Source: Octopus bimaculoides (lineage: Eukaryota). Taken from it: a DNA stretch of 64,000 nucleotides. Position 1 is the stretch's first letter. Every line of letters starts with the position of its first letter. The notes below the pieces were generated by a model, which saw only the letters and a program-made list of their open reading frames with translations, made no database searches and was not told where the DNA came from. A program made the translations under genes and the position numbers. The stretch spans positions 4,815,812 through 4,879,811 of the forward strand of contig NC_068988.1 in the NCBI RefSeq assembly GCF_001194135.2. Direction: 5' to 3'. Below are positions 1-13,892 of this stretch, one piece after another.

Positions 1-54
<54 letters not shown>

Positions 55-105
55 ACGTGTGTGTATATATATATATACAATATTTTTTTAATCTTAAGTA
101 CTTAC

Positions 106-278
106 TGCTGCATAATGTTTTCGCAAATATGCTTGGTCCTGGTGGGCCCGAACCTCCATCGCCATCTCTCCTTGTAACAATATAGATTTTGTATCGTGTA
201 CTTGGTCGAAGTTCTTGAATTATGTGGCTACATACTCTTTTTTCACGACAGAACGTGTGGTAAATGAGACCCATCATC
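106..278 (-). CDS. Exon F: C-terminal half of the FN3 domain (RMMGLIYHTFCREKRVCSHIIQELRPSTRYKIYIVTRRDGDGGSGPPGPSIFAKTLCS)
   Basis: Not in the ORF track; translated by hand. TTATTTGCAG acceptor ending at 279 and GTAAG donor starting at 105. Length 173 nt, phase 2 in (matching exon E), phase 1 out. Contains the L-x-P-x-T-x-Y FN3 motif and a G-x-G-G-x-G-x-P-G-P motif recalled from Tie and R2B PTP first FN3 domains. Confidence 0.9.
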
Positions 279-1851
279 CTGCAAATAATATTAGTCATTA
301 TAATTCGTATCATAGAAGCTATAATGGGTAACATCTGTTTGGGATGAAATATACGAATTGTACCAAAGTGTGTTTTGGGAAATGTTATGTCAATCAATTG
401 TAAAATCATTCATTATGGTGGAGTTTATTACCAACCTGAGAAGGGGAAAATCAGTGGTTGAGCATCGAACAAAAATTACTTTATTTAGTTTCATCCTTTT
501 TATATCTGGTTACATGGCTTGAATCCAAGAACAGCGTTTCCTTCTCTCCGTCTGACGTAGGAAACTATGTGAGTATCAACATATATAACCGACTAAATTT
601 ACTTGAACATGGTATCTAACCATAGCCTTATGATATCAGAATAAGCACTATTTCATGGCAAAAAGTAAGCAAAAGCTTAATCCGACTTCGAATTTGGCCG
701 TCAGTTGATATACTTAGCGTAAGAGAAATACTTCGTAATAATTATCTTTATAATAATTTTTATCGAATTGGCACTCCATTTTAAATCTCTAACTGCATAC
801 TTTAAAAGAACTCAAACCACAACTGTTAGGTGACTAAATTCTTTTTTAATGCCTAGTCATATGTTATACACAACAAATATTCATTTATTAGATCCATGAC
901 AGTTATTGTCATGGATATATATTTACGACGCTGAGACGCGGATGCTGTAGACCACTCTGTCACTGACGGCAAGCTGAATCCACGATGAATTCAGTCCATT
1001 GATTTGGCATTTAGATATTAAGATGTTTCCCCGTCTTTTTAAAATATAGGACTGTTCGTAAGAAAAAAAATATCAAATCTTGTATGTAGGAAATGTGGAA
1101 GATCAAAAGGTTAGTCGAAGCGACATGAATTTGTTTAGAACAAAAATGGTATTCGTTATCGAAGGAATAACATTTTTGTCTACGTGATTCTTTTCATTAC
1201 GTGAAAAGAATTTGTTTGAAAAACTATGAACGTCACAGTATCATTCCTACAGAGGTCAAATTGGAGTTTCACAATTATGATTTGATAAAAATATGACATA
1301 GAATAATCACGTATTTAAACTAAATTCTATGACCAAGCAGAAGAATGCGATGGGCTAGTAGAGTATAAAAACATCAACCATTCCTTGTGCATTTGGATTT
1401 CAAATCCAATATGGAACATCTTTTATCTCATTGAAACATACTCATTCAATATAATCCATCTGTGTTATTGACGATAAACCCTCTCCTGCAAAATGTTGGT
1501 CTGGTATGTAGGAACAAGAAAGAAAATGTTTCATAACAATAGGAAATTGGAATAATATTGAATTTTGTATAAACAGTTATAGTCTTTTGAATTCAGAAAT
1601 ATAGACATACATCTTCTCTTAGGAAGCGATATGCGTAACATTACAAGGATATCAGCAAAAGTCTCGTATCATCATCGTCATCATCATCATCATCACCTTT
1701 TGAAAGAGACTTAACAACAGTCTACCAAAAGTTGAAAGTACATATTTATAAAATATGCTTCATAACTATATAAAGTACATATGCCTAAAGTACATATGTA
1801 TAGGATATTATAATTTTGTTCATGCTAAAGAAAGTAATATTGCTAACTTAC

Positions 1852-2017
1852 CTAAAATTAGTTTCCGCTGCTGTTTTCACCCATATTGTATACCATAGGA
1901 TTGGGGGGTCACCAATATCTCCATTTCGTTGGTTCCATGGAGTCCACTCAATCGTCATGTTTGTAGCTGATATTTTATTCCTGGGCACCACAGGTTTAGA
2001 TCGTAAAACAGGCGGTT
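1852..2017 (-). CDS. Exon E: N-terminal half of a fibronectin type III domain (EPPVLRSKPVVPRNKISATNMTIEWTPWNQRNGDIGDPPILWYTIWVKTAAETNF)
   Basis: TTTATTGTAG acceptor ending at 2018 and GTAAG donor starting at 1851. Length 166 nt, phase 1 in, phase 2 out. FN3 B-strand Trp (IEW) and C-strand Tyr (WYTI) are present. Confidence 0.9.
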
Positions 2018-2374
2018 CTACAATAAACAAACACATTTTGAAATTACATGTTATACAGATATTGTAATACTGGTGACTAATTTTGATTGATATTCGATTT
2101 TTGATATATCTGATAATATACATTATATATATATAGTTTATTCAAAGAAGCAAACAATTAAAAAAAAACAGAGAGGAAAAACACAAAAAGACGAACGCGA
2201 GGACGTGCATAAGAAATATATTAATGAGACATTTGGTGAGGGGAAAAAGTTGTTAACGTTTCGAGTATAAGCTCTTCGCCGGAAGCAGGAAAGTCCAAAG
2301 AGAAGGATGGAAAAATAAAGAAAAATCGCCAAAAGTCCACGTGCGATTACATTTCTGATATATGTGTGTATGTA

Positions 2375-2418
<44 letters not shown>

Positions 2419-2686
2419 NNNNNNNNNNNNNNNNNNNNNNNNNNNNNNNNNNNNNNNNNNNNNNNNNNNNNNNNNNNNNNNNNNNNNNNNNNNNNNNNNN
2501 NNNNNNNNNNNNNNNNNNNNNNNNNNNNNNNNNNNNNNNNNNNNNNNNNNNNNNNNNNNNNNNNNNNNNNNNNNNNNNNNNNNNNNNNNNNNNNNNNNNN
2601 NNNNNNNNNNNNNNNNNNNNNNNNNNNNNNNNNNNNNNNNNNNNNNNNNNNNNNNNNNNNNNNNNNNNNNNNNNNNNNNNNNNNNN
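2419..2686. other. Assembly gap (N-run). Other gaps: 5582-5743, 17460-17469, 19475-19487, 28503-29078, 32670-32758, 39329-39486, 60726-60864, 61931-62513
   Basis: Direct reading; most gaps are flanked by (AT)n or other microsatellites. Confidence 0.99.
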
Positions 2687-2937
2687 GTAGGAGAAACACA
2701 AATTGAAACACCTTCCTTCCACGCTTTTGATGTGCGGAAAAGAAAGGAGGAGTCTCGGGAGAAGTTGAATCACGGTTTGTTGACCACTTTTCAGGGGAGG
2801 TTAAACTGGTCTCTTCCCAATCACTACATAGAACATTCAGCTACAAAATGATCAGTCACAAATTAGAGAGTATCATATTTGGCAGTTCAGTTTGATTTGC
2901 ATAATTGTGCTTATGACGATAGTCATTAATTAAACAA

Positions 2938-3720
2938 TATACAAGGTGTTCGGAATAAATTTAAGAGTTTGCATAAAAGGAAAAGAAATCAATATGCCAT
3001 CCCGCCCCCAATTTTTTTAAATACCAATTAGATTATGGCTGGGTAATAACAGTTTACTCAATGCAACCGCCCTCGGCTTCCACCCCGGTCTCGAGACGGC
3101 TTCAGAACCTGGGAAGGTCTTTGAATACTTCCTTGGTCTTGGCTACCCGTTCGGCTTTGGTGCTGCCGACAGAGTGGTTGGTTTCTTCCTCGACCGTGTT
3201 CCACTCATAGTAATCCATGGGGTTACAATCAGAGGATTTAAAGAGCGAGAAATTGAGGCTAGTGAAGTCGTAAAAATTCTGACAACCACTTTTGACTTTC
3301 CGGAAATACGGCAAGGATTCGAATCCTGCTGCCACACATATAAGACTTCCGGCAGCAACCCTCTCTAGACAGGGATTGGTTACAGTCTCCAGCAGCTTCG
3401 CATAACCGTAGGAATTGAGCCGAAGGACCTATTCAAAGATGTGTGGAGGAATTTCGGTGTGCGAACGATGTCAGAATGTTTTTTGTGTCCCTTCCTGCTG
3501 GCCACAGATTCGTAGTCTCCATTTTAGCTGTCCACGCCACGTCTTACAGCCTTCACAGTGTCCACAGAGGATTGATCAGCGGTCATGATATCCGCATTTT
3601 GATATCAGGTGCGAATCATCATGATAAAACTCCTTTCCAATATTCAGATGACTTTTAGTTCTCCTTGTTATCTTTTTTTCAACTATGACCTTAATCTTAA
3701 TCCTCTCCAACAGCGTTGAT
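2938..3720 (-). mobile_element. Decayed Tc1/mariner-superfamily transposon (possibly DD37D/maT-like), 3' part
   Basis: Minus frames give YVWQQDSNPC and SSDCNPMDYYEWNTVEEETN (second and third catalytic Asp regions, SPDLNPxDY-like), with stops and frameshifts. A TA-preceded terminal-like sequence TACAAGGTGTTCGGAATAAA lies at about 2940. The family assignment is from recalled motifs. Confidence 0.75.
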
Positions 3721-5531
3721 TGTTCACCAATACATCAAGCTGCTTCTAAAAAGACAGGTGGCATAGAAACTCGTCAAATTTAGCCCGAACATCATGTACA
3801 TTTTATTCCCAATATCGTGTAAATGAAATGAAATGTAATACATTGAACTAAGCCCATCTGTCAGTCATACTTTCCTTCCATACTTTCGGCGGCTCTTGAC
3901 AGAACGTTTCACGGTCAGTCCTCATTCGTCACAGACGTATCAGTAGAGAATTTTCAGATATGACAGAAAGCTGAACAAAATTAGGCTAGAAACATAATGG
4001 ATATCTCAAGTTACTGTTTGAAATTTCAACAGCGCACCATCAGTTAAACAATAAACACTACTTATTACGGGATACTTTATGCAAAACCTAGTGTTAATTA
4101 GAGAAGGTTAGATATATATTTTTGCACACATTCAAATCATAGAAACAATCTATATACATTATTTCATCCACAGCTTCTCTTTATAGCATGTGTGTGTGTA
4201 TGTATATATGTAGGTATGTATGCTCAAACACATACACACGAACGCGTCCACACACACACACATACACACACATGGAAAACATTACACTCGTCGTACATAT
4301 AAGTTATTTACGTTATATGGAAGAACATAAACTTGATCTAGTCGTCATGGACATTAGCATTTCTCATTCAACGTTGAGATCTCACTTTTGCACCGAAGAT
4401 ATAAACGTAAACAGACGTGAATTTATGGTCGGTTGTAAATATGACTCGATTTACTCGTGAGAAAAATTGAAACTAAACATCTACGTATACGCATTGAAGT
4501 ATTCCCACGTGAATAACGTCTGCTGAAAAACTTTTTAACCATAAGTTCTTTTATTTCCAATCAGCTATCAGCAAATGACAACCATCATAGATTGGAGTAA
4601 CAACTTTCTCTTATCTTTGCAGAGGTTATCAATGTTTATTTTCTCTTCATGATTATATTGCTTTAGATATTTCTCTCATTGGCAATGATTGATCGTTTTA
4701 TTTCAGTATTGTTAACCAATCTTGAATGTAAAATCATTGTTGCGTTAGTACTTACTCACATACAGGCAGTCAGAAACACTCGTTTATAGTTGGAACTACA
4801 TAGATTTACGCAACTATAAACACACATACACACTTCTGTAATCGTATATAATTACACAAGCGTTATATTAATTTCATAATTACGTAATTAGGAAACATAT
4901 GCAATACAAGAACTAGAAACCAGAAGGTTCTCCTTATAGAATCAGCATTATCAAAATTACTTTAACAAATAAGATAGTGAGAATAACAATTTGGAAAAGG
5001 GAGACAGTATTGGTGCCATGTAGATATTGGTGAAAAAGCATATATTGCTTATCAGTTCCAGGAACAAATTTTATCAGGGTCAAAACTGAATAACTCATGA
5101 GATTAAGATTTCACATGTGTTTTGTTTTCTCTGCATGAATCTATATATGCATGTATACAAACATATATACATAATTGTGTGTGTAGATATATATCAAAAC
5201 AGTATGATATTTAAATTCGTTGGTACGCTTGGTAAGCGGGATGCTAGTCGTATGCCATGTTCGCCATGAGGTATTTTCCAACCAACTGTTGCCCGTATAC
5301 AACATCATACCACGACACCGCGTGACCTTCCTTCCTCGACCAATCCCAGCCCACCTTATTGCAATAGCAATCAACTTCTGCCATTCAAAATCAAAATGGC
5401 TGATGATTAACATCACGCTAGAAACTCAAGAGTACCAACGAATTTGAATCAAACTGGTTTGATCCATACATGTAACTCCCAATAACTTGGTTGAGTGCCC
5501 TTCTTTAGTTTGTCCACTCACTCGTAGGTAG

Positions 5532-5581
<50 letters not shown>

Positions 5582-7689
5582 NNNNNNNNNNNNNNNNNNN
5601 NNNNNNNNNNNNNNNNNNNNNNNNNNNNNNNNNNNNNNNNNNNNNNNNNNNNNNNNNNNNNNNNNNNNNNNNNNNNNNNNNNNNNNNNNNNNNNNNNNNN
5701 NNNNNNNNNNNNNNNNNNNNNNNNNNNNNNNNNNNNNNNNNNNNTATGTATGTATGTATGTATGTATGTATGTATGTATATATATATATATCGATTTCTA
5801 TGAAGAAACTAAAATATAGAGTTCGAGTGAGTGAGAAAGAGTCAGGCAGAGAGGTTATATAATATCCGAATAGGACTAAATTAAAATATTGTGACATATT
5901 CAACGCATTGTTATAAACGAAAGTGAAAGTTCTATTGCTACGTTTTTTAACAAGTGGATATCGACCTGGAAGTTATCCAAGAGAGGGCAACAGATATAAG
6001 ATAACAGTCATGAAAATCAGCAAGTGTTCTTGCTATTTACAATATAAACCATGGTTGCAGACAGTGAGAGGAAAAGAAATCATTCAATGTGTAAACATAA
6101 ATTTGTAAGCATTATTAACTTTCAGGGTATGCTCCATATAACTGGCTTCCTTGTAAAATGCAGAGGATATATTAATGTCCCTCTGGAAAGGAAGGTGATC
6201 TTCATTGTTAAAACATTGTTAAAACATAGGTTCGAAATATTTGTTCCTAACTGTACAAAACTGAAAATGTCATTTAGGAACCCAACGACTACCTCCAATG
6301 GATTTGCATTTGCCATCTGTCAGTCTGCATACTGATTATTAACACTATATTGTCCGTTAAGACATTAACCATCCAGTAACAGCTAGGGAGCTTAATCGTC
6401 ATACTGGCCAACAAGAAAACTGATAAAGCTGTAAGTCACCGTCTAGATGGTGCCTTTCAGATGATCCTGTGTCGATCCGTTGTGATGACAAAGAATTAAA
6501 TGTTATTTTTTTAACCTTTAGTACACTGTAAATACATCATGTCACCGTAGGAGTTTTCCCCCTTGTAGTAACAGGGCAGGTGAAACAATCCTAGAGAAAA
6601 TGCAGTGTGTTAAAGTTTAAGATGACTTAACAGCGTCCTGGTTTTGTTAAGGTAGTTTGGTGGGTGCTGAGGTAGTTGTTGTCTACTATTTCTAGGTGGT
6701 AAAGTGGCCAAATAAAGTTTCCTCTTTTTATTTATGCATATAATACAGTAAGTATTATGCAGTATGATAGAGAGTATATTTAATATCTATATGAAGTCAA
6801 TCGAAGTGAAATTATTGTTTTATTTATAGAACCAAAACTACGTGGAAGGTAGAGTCTCTCTTGAGAATAAGTAAAGGTGACCACCAGATTGCAGGACGGT
6901 AATAGAGAATGCGAAAGGTTCTCCTTTCTTTATCATTACTAAGCATTTTGATGCTTACTACCTACCATCGATTATGCAGAGAGACTTGAAATGGTGACAT
7001 TCTCCAAGATCTTCATGATATTCCCTCATTAATTTTGAATTTATACTACAAAAATGTACACAGCATTCATAAATCCATAATCAGAATTGTTTGTCCCACT
7101 GTGTACAGAAAGTGTTATATTATAAGTATATGATATTTTACAGAAAAAAATAGATCGTTTATATACTTTCAAATAAGTTTCTGAAGGTCTGGGCACAATC
7201 TTTATATGTCAACGAGTTTACAAAACATCAAGAATTATTAATCCCTAGATTACTCAACGTAATATTCATATTATATGTTGTCATCTTTTTTTCTTTGGTT
7301 TCCTTTATTTAGCAAACGGAAATTATGTTTCATGTTCTTCAATAATGCTACAATTTATCAGTTATTGCCAGTCAAAGAAAGTTGGATAATTTTCAAGATT
7401 AAAATAGCAAATATTTTCGAATGAAAAAATACGTCAATCTGAGAGTTCACATTGATTATCATCATCGTTTGAGCATGAGTTAACATTTACATAACTTACA
7501 TTTCAGTTCCAGTAGCGATAAAAGAACATTGTATTTACGAACACTACCTCAATAACACTAAAACATGAAAGCCACTTTTGCTATCAATGCATGTTACCTT
7601 CAAGAAAAAGGAGAGAGTGGTTGACTTAATAGCTCCACATGACAGATTCTGTTAAATAATTAAGTGAAGTTTTGAGGTATCATGGCTCT

Positions 7690-7930
7690 TACAAGTAGAG
7701 AGTGGTCATTGACTGGGATATATCCGGATACAGGTGGCTTGTATGGTATTCCTTGAAGAAATTTGTCCCTGCATCGTTTGAAGGTGAAGGGATATTTCTC
7801 TTTGATTTCTTTTTGGGTTAATGTTAAACAGAACGGAACCTATTGAGGAAAAGTGATTCTGTTGCTGTGTATCTATTTTGTGAATCTGAATTGTGTAGGT
7901 GACGCATGGTGAAGGACCCCAGTACACATA
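7690..7930 (-). mobile_element. CR1-like LINE 3' fragment (ORF2 C-terminus)
   Basis: Minus frames give FSSIGSVLFNINPK and FTFKRCRDKFLQGIPYKPPVSGYIPVNDHSLL. These are clearly homologous to TGPALFNIIPK and FKKFLNEYLQQIPDKPPILGYTAANNNFLI in the LINE at 37200-38030. Confidence 0.65.
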
Positions 7931-10354
7931 TTTGTTCTATTTAAACGTACGATACTTACAAATCTAAAAACTGTTTCTCTCTATGAAATACACAAAACTA
8001 TACATTCATATTTCTACACTTACACAGACCATTACACTTATATACACCATTAATGGAACCTGTTTTATCATGCTCCTTCCTCTTTTCTAATATTTTATTG
8101 CATTGTTTTTTTTTTTTACCTAGAATGCCATACATCTTAAATAAAATTAATTTTACTTATGTAATCAGAAGCAAATCTAAATTTATAAGTATCCCTTTAA
8201 GAAAGAAAGAAACCAAAAATGGCATGTATATGAAACGGATACGTATACGTAACTTGTAGACACCCTGCTATAAGTTGATATAAAACTTTCCAAAATAAAT
8301 CAAGAGACATACAAAAATATAGAAATAATCAAAAAGTAATCACTACACTGGTAAATCTCGACAGCAGCTAATAGCACCATTACAATAACCAATCGAATTG
8401 ATACCATTATGATTATATGCGAAAAAACACTGAACTACAAAGACATTCATAATAAACAATGAAAAATGATTGTGTTTGAATGAAGTGTTTGTTTCAAAAC
8501 TGTATATACTTAATACATCAAATATATAATTAACATATTACTCTGTTTTAATTATGGTTGATATTTTAAAAACAAACATATCAAAGCATAGTCTTCTGAT
8601 CACCACTCCACTTCGCATGAATTATCAAAGTTCGCGCCATTGTTCCACATGCACCATTTCCTTGTGTCATGTTTATTGTCCAAAAGACGTTTCTACTCGT
8701 TGATATTAAGTTTTACAAATATCATCGCTAAAAAAAGTCTAATCTGATCGGAACAGGTCTGTAACTGTAAAGTTACATACCAGAACAGACTGAATTTCCC
8801 ATGTTATGTCTCAAGCTACTGTTATCTAGCACCTTCGGAAGATCTCTACTCAACCGCTACACAACTGCTACTCGACTGCTACTCAATACCCCTACCACGG
8901 CCAGACTACTTCTATTTATATGTCTTGGGAGATCCTACTTCTTCGTCTGGGGGCGTCGACACATCCCACTGAATAGGAAAATACAATTTTTTGTGAAATT
9001 TGTTCCTAAGTTTTACAAATAGTCTCTGGTCTTGTTTGAAAGTCGTTATATTTGCCCCCGGGAAATCATTTTCTTGGAAAATTTCACGTCATTTAGAATT
9101 CTCTACGTACACAACTACCTATACAAATTATCATCTAAATTCATGAGGCAAGCCCACTTTAGTTATATTCCGATTTGTAATCATACAATCTACAAAAGAA
9201 AATGGTAGTTTTGTTTGAGGGCAATAGGTTATTTAATTTATATGGACGGTAACATGTGAATACCTGCCGTAATTCAGCAGAAAGGCTCGTATTTTTAGCA
9301 TTGTTTAAACACAATATATTTTGTGCATATCATATAAATTATAAAAATAGTGGAATATCATCTGATGTTAGACCGTATTGTGTATTAAAATAGAGAAACA
9401 TTAATATGTTGTTTTGTTCATGATGCATGTGATGTGTGCAGGAGAGCAATATTTTGACTGGTTGTCGACTAAAACTATAATGGAGATTACGAGCTGACAC
9501 TCAACACGCTAGAAGTAGCAGTGAATTCTTGTTTAAAGTGTATCCAGTTATATTAATAGAATGTATAAAGCATTTCAAACATGCGTTATGGACATTTATT
9601 TCAAGGGAAATAACCGTTCCATCATGACATTTGGTGGGATTACAAATTTGAATTTGAAACTAAGAAATGATAACGAAAAATGCATAAAATACACTTAAGT
9701 CAACATTTCCTAACTTTTGTACTTATTGCAAAGATTTAACAAAATTTTATACGTAGATTAAAGAACCGATTAGTATAAATCAGAAAAGAAGCCGGATTAG
9801 TTACAGTTTAAACACTTTGTAAAAGTCCAAGTTCCGTACAGAAGTATCTGCTTTGTATCTAAACTTAATCTGGAGTGATGACAGTAAATCGGAGGGTGAG
9901 TGCTCTTCAAAATTACAGAAACATTTACAAACACAACAACATGCCAATGGAGGAGCCTCTCGATGGTCGCTCCATCGGCTAATATTTGCGGTCAAATATT
10001 CTTCAAGCACAATCTAGTTTCTTATACAAGCTAGGACACATTGAATAATTTAAACATGTACATCTATAAAAATTATGAAGCTATTTAAGGTTCAATTCCT
10101 TTAAGGGAATGTCTTTTTGGTTAGGAATACACTGGAGATAAACAATTATCCTTAAAGAGAGATACACTTTACGGATGAATGGGGAAAAATTGCCACCATG
10201 AATCAGGTAAAAATGTATGAGATACCCTGATGCAGTAACAAGCAGTGGCTCTCTAATTGGAAGTGTTATCATGTTCTTTGTTTTGTCTTGGTATAAAAGA
10301 GGGGCTACATCAAATATTCTGCTCAATACCACAAATTTGCTTGTCAGTTGTTTG

Positions 10355-10712
10355 ACCTTAACCAGCTGAGCAGGTCCCTTAGCGGGAGAGGAATTCTTTG
10401 GGGTTTGAATAATTCACCTTCGGAAATATGGTCGTTTCGTTTATCATCCTTAAACAACCCTTATTCAGCGACCTTTTGAGGATGGGTCACTCGACCCGAA
10501 GAAAATTCTAACTGGGCTCTACCTGGAAAGTCATGCGCTGTTTATCTTAATATGTGACCACCATGTCGCGCACATGTGGTTGTGATGCATGTACCTGGTG
10601 TACCTTTATCAAACGGGTAGTCATGATGGGTATACATGGCTTCATATATTTTACCCCAGTGTCACTTTGGTAGCATGCACTACTCACTAATTCAATAATA
10701 ATAATAATAATA
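10355..10712 (+). mobile_element. Probable retroelement 3' end terminating in an (AAT)n tail
   Basis: Higher-GC block ending abruptly in CAATAATAATAATAATAATAA. It resembles a common octopod interspersed repeat from memory; there is no coding motif, so the family is unassigned. Confidence 0.4.
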
Positions 10713-11775
10713 ACGATCCAGGATAATCGACCGGACATAGTCATTAAAGACAGGGAAGAAGAAGAAGAAGAAGAAGAAGAAGAAGAAGAAGAAGACGACG
10801 ACAACGATGAAAACTGGGATGGTACATTGCTGGCCTTGTGCCAAATTTGAAACAAATTTAATAGTTTAGGTACCAGACCAGCAAATTCGAGGGGATTAAT
10901 GATGGAGCCATCGTTCACTTCAGAAAGATTTAGAAGTCCTAAACATAAGAATTGTTCTTAATGATATCTGAGAACAATATATGTTTCAAGGAAATAAAAA
11001 TAACATGAAAACACATTATGGAATTTTCTGATTAAAATTTCGCTTCGAGTGATTAGTGGAAATATTAACTTCTATTAATTTAGTACTTTTCTGATCAAAG
11101 AGGTTTCCGTGCACAATTCATTCCTGAAATAATCAATATATTTTGGGGGAAATATGATCTTTGAAAGTAATTTATAATTATGTTTGCTCTTATAGGGGAC
11201 AATAAAGGCAAAAAAAGGTCATATATATTTTTTCTTCCTTACTCTTGTCAATATAAAAAAATAGAAGAATGAATTACGAATTATTTTTCCTCGTTTAAAT
11301 GTATAAGTAATTTGTTTTAATGGAAATTATGTTTGTTAAGTGTTACTTGATGATTGCTTATATTGTAATCAAGAACGGCATTGGAAAACAGTAAAACGAA
11401 TTAAGACACTTTCAACCCCGGATATGGTCCTTAGTCCGATGGCCTGACCCAAACCCTCACCAATAACACGTTATTTAGAATAATGTACAAGAAACTTTTC
11501 AGATCAATACTGATGGAAATGTAATAAATCATTTCCGGAACTGACACAAGTTTCTCTGTATATATTTTAAATAGAATATCGACCACCACAAATGATCGAA
11601 CATATAAAGGAATCTACGAGAGAGAAACCAAAAGGAAATTACAAGAAGATAGCAAAAGAAACAGTAAAAAGGTGAATGAAAGTGAACGTGACAAGAAAAT
11701 CTTGCATAAATAAATTCAGCCCTTTATGTTATAAAAGCGACCCACAAAAGAAATAAGGCGATGGGTATCATAGTG

Positions 11776-12322
11776 TACGAGGAGGTACCCAAAAGTAACC
11801 GGAAACGTTCTCTGTGAGACAAGCGCGTTGTAGTTCAGATTTTCACCGATAGAAGTCACTTGATGCGACCCTCAGGCATCAGTCTATCGACCGGCTTCAT
11901 CCCGTGAGGCCGTCCAACAATGTGGTGCGTCTTTGTTTTGCAGTGCGTCTCCCTTGTTCGTCGGTTTTTGAGACAGCTGAAGCGAAGGAACAGCGTGTTT
12001 CTGTGAAGTTCTGTTTTGTCATGCTTCAAACAGCTTTAAAATGACGCTGCCTTGAGCAGAACACAAGTTTACGAGTGGTTTTCATACTTTAGGAATAGGC
12101 AGTTTTCGATTGAAGACCAATCCCCTTCAGGACGACCGTTGACCTCTCGAACGAATGAAATTGCGAAAATTCGTGAACTGATCTTGGAGGACCATCACCA
12201 AACAATTGCCGAACTTGTCGATATAACTGGTGTGTCCTGGAGCTCCTGCCAACGAATTTGGAGTGAGGAATTGCGAAAGAAAAGGGTTGCAGCAAAACTT
12301 AAACCTCGCTTGCTCACGAAAG
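11776..12322 (+). mobile_element. Mariner transposon, 5' half (TIR plus HTH region), truncated by a SINE
   Basis: Starts TA-CGAGGAGGTACCCAAAAGTAACCGGAA (mariner-type TIR after a TA). ORF 12052-12384 gives SRTQVYEWFSYF...SIEDQSPSGRPLTS...TIAELVDITGVSWSSCQRIWSEELRKKRVAAKLKPRLLT, which is the mariner HTH region with a WVPRxLT-like motif. Confidence 0.88.
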
Positions 12323-12454
12323 CTGGTATTTATTTACTCAACCCTGAATGGATGAAAGGCAAAGTCGATCCCGGCGCCATATGAACTCAGAACGTAAAAA
12401 TGGTCGAAATACTAAGCCTTTTGCCCGGAGTGCAAATGATTCGGCCAGCTTGCC
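12323..12454 (-). mobile_element. tRNA-derived SINE (family 1), partial
   Basis: Reverse complement of the family consensus seen repeatedly in this window (GGCAAGCTGGC...GTTCTGAGTTCA...GACTTTGCCTTTCATCC...TACCAG). Confidence 0.75.
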
Positions 12455-13029
12455 GTATTAATAAAGGGCATTAACAACTCGAACGGTGGGAGTGTCTTTG
12501 TAAACGATTTATTGTACTTAATTTCGTTTCAGTACAGCTGGAGTTGAAATTTCATTGGGATAACTGATGCCGAAACCAATTTCTTAGCAGTGGAATCAAT
12601 CATTTAATAGCTTCTTGAGTATTTCAGCTGAGATTGTGAAAATCTTCTCATTCTTCGTTGAATGATAATTATTTCGATGACGCCTGTTAAACCTTTGGGA
12701 CTTATAAGGACATCATACTATTGTATTTCTATTTGTCAACAAATGTAGGGTATTTGTGAACTACGATAGAGATCAATAAATTTACCAATTTCTGCATGAT
12801 TTACAGATCAATCTTGATGGGAAATTGTGCAAGAATTGCTAAAGGAAGTAAGGTTAACATTTCAAAAAATAGAAGAAAGCGTGATGTAAAACGCCACATT
12901 AAACAGCTATCAATATTTGCAATTACGATTGTTGTACAAAGTGATTGACTTTCTCTAATTAGGAATCAATATATAAGGAATGGTCTAATTTAAACAATTT
13001 ATTGTTTCTAAGAGGCCAGGTCAGGTATG

Positions 13030-13330
13030 GGTGAAGCGTGTCGCTACAACCTCCATTTGTCGGTATTTACTTGGCTCATCCGGGGAAACTTTCCTAACAA
13101 TGTCATTGTCAGTTCCCGTCTAGGTGAGAAGCTTCTCCTAAACACGGTGACCATGTGGCAATGGCTGACTAATAAAAACCGTCACCCCAGCCAGATCCTC
13201 AGAGAAGAGGACACGATACGCAGGATACAATATTGAAAATCGTACTGCATGACCAATTAGTCTGAGCTGATGCTCCCGAATCATGCAAGCAGAAGACACA
13301 ACCCAGTTTCTGAATATAGTCGTTGGTTGG
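13030..13330 (-). mobile_element. RTE/L2-like LINE fragment (ORF2 C-terminal region)
   Basis: Minus frame gives IREHQLRLIGHAVRFSILYPAYRVLFSEDLAG, which matches the R-x-L-R-x-x-G-H-V-x-R motif downstream of non-LTR reverse transcriptases. Confidence 0.55.
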
Positions 13331-13697
13331 ATCTTACTAACGTTTCTAAGAGGTGTACATCATACTTTTAATGAGCTGCGTACCATAAACAAAATGTTGA
13401 AAGTGTGATACTGACAGGAGTGTAAAGAGATGTAGTGATTCGAACAGGCGTCGGCACTGAAACTGTTTATTTCTGAAATTGTAATATTGAATATGAGTGG
13501 AGTTTCAGAAGAAAGCGAACACTCTTCTGAACTACAATGCTACGTAAAAGAAATTCCGTTCTTGAGAAGTAAACTTCAGACATATGTAGTCGTATTTTTA
13601 TTACAAGACTTACTTTAAAATATAGAACAATTCCTAATACTAGAGTTGACTAAAACGACGAGATAGAAGAATTGTTACGGCACCAGACAAAATACTT

Positions 13698-13788
13698 AGA
13701 GGCATTTCTTCCGACTTTACGTTCTGAGTTCAAATACCGCTAGGATCGACTTCACCTTTGCGGTTGATAAAATAAGTACCAGTTACCC
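13698..13788 (+). mobile_element. tRNA-derived SINE (family 1), partial
   Basis: TTACGTTCTGAGTTCAAATACCGC...GATAAAATAAGTACCAGTT core shared with the other copies. Confidence 0.7.
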
Positions 13789-13892
13789 AAACCCCGAAAT
13801 TTCTGACCTTGAAATCTATATCAGAGGTGATTACATTTGTAAACTTTCGAAAACAATTCCAATGAAACTAAAAAATAAAGAAGAAGACTCAC

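Noticed and set aside
925-1036. Minus-strand frame RGNILISKCQINGLNSSWIQLAVSDRVVYSIRVSAS, which looks FN3-like and is phase-compatible with exon E
   Set aside because: The L-to-Y spacing is wrong for FN3, the frame ends in a stop, the acceptor is purine-rich, and exon F (106-278) completes the domain properly.
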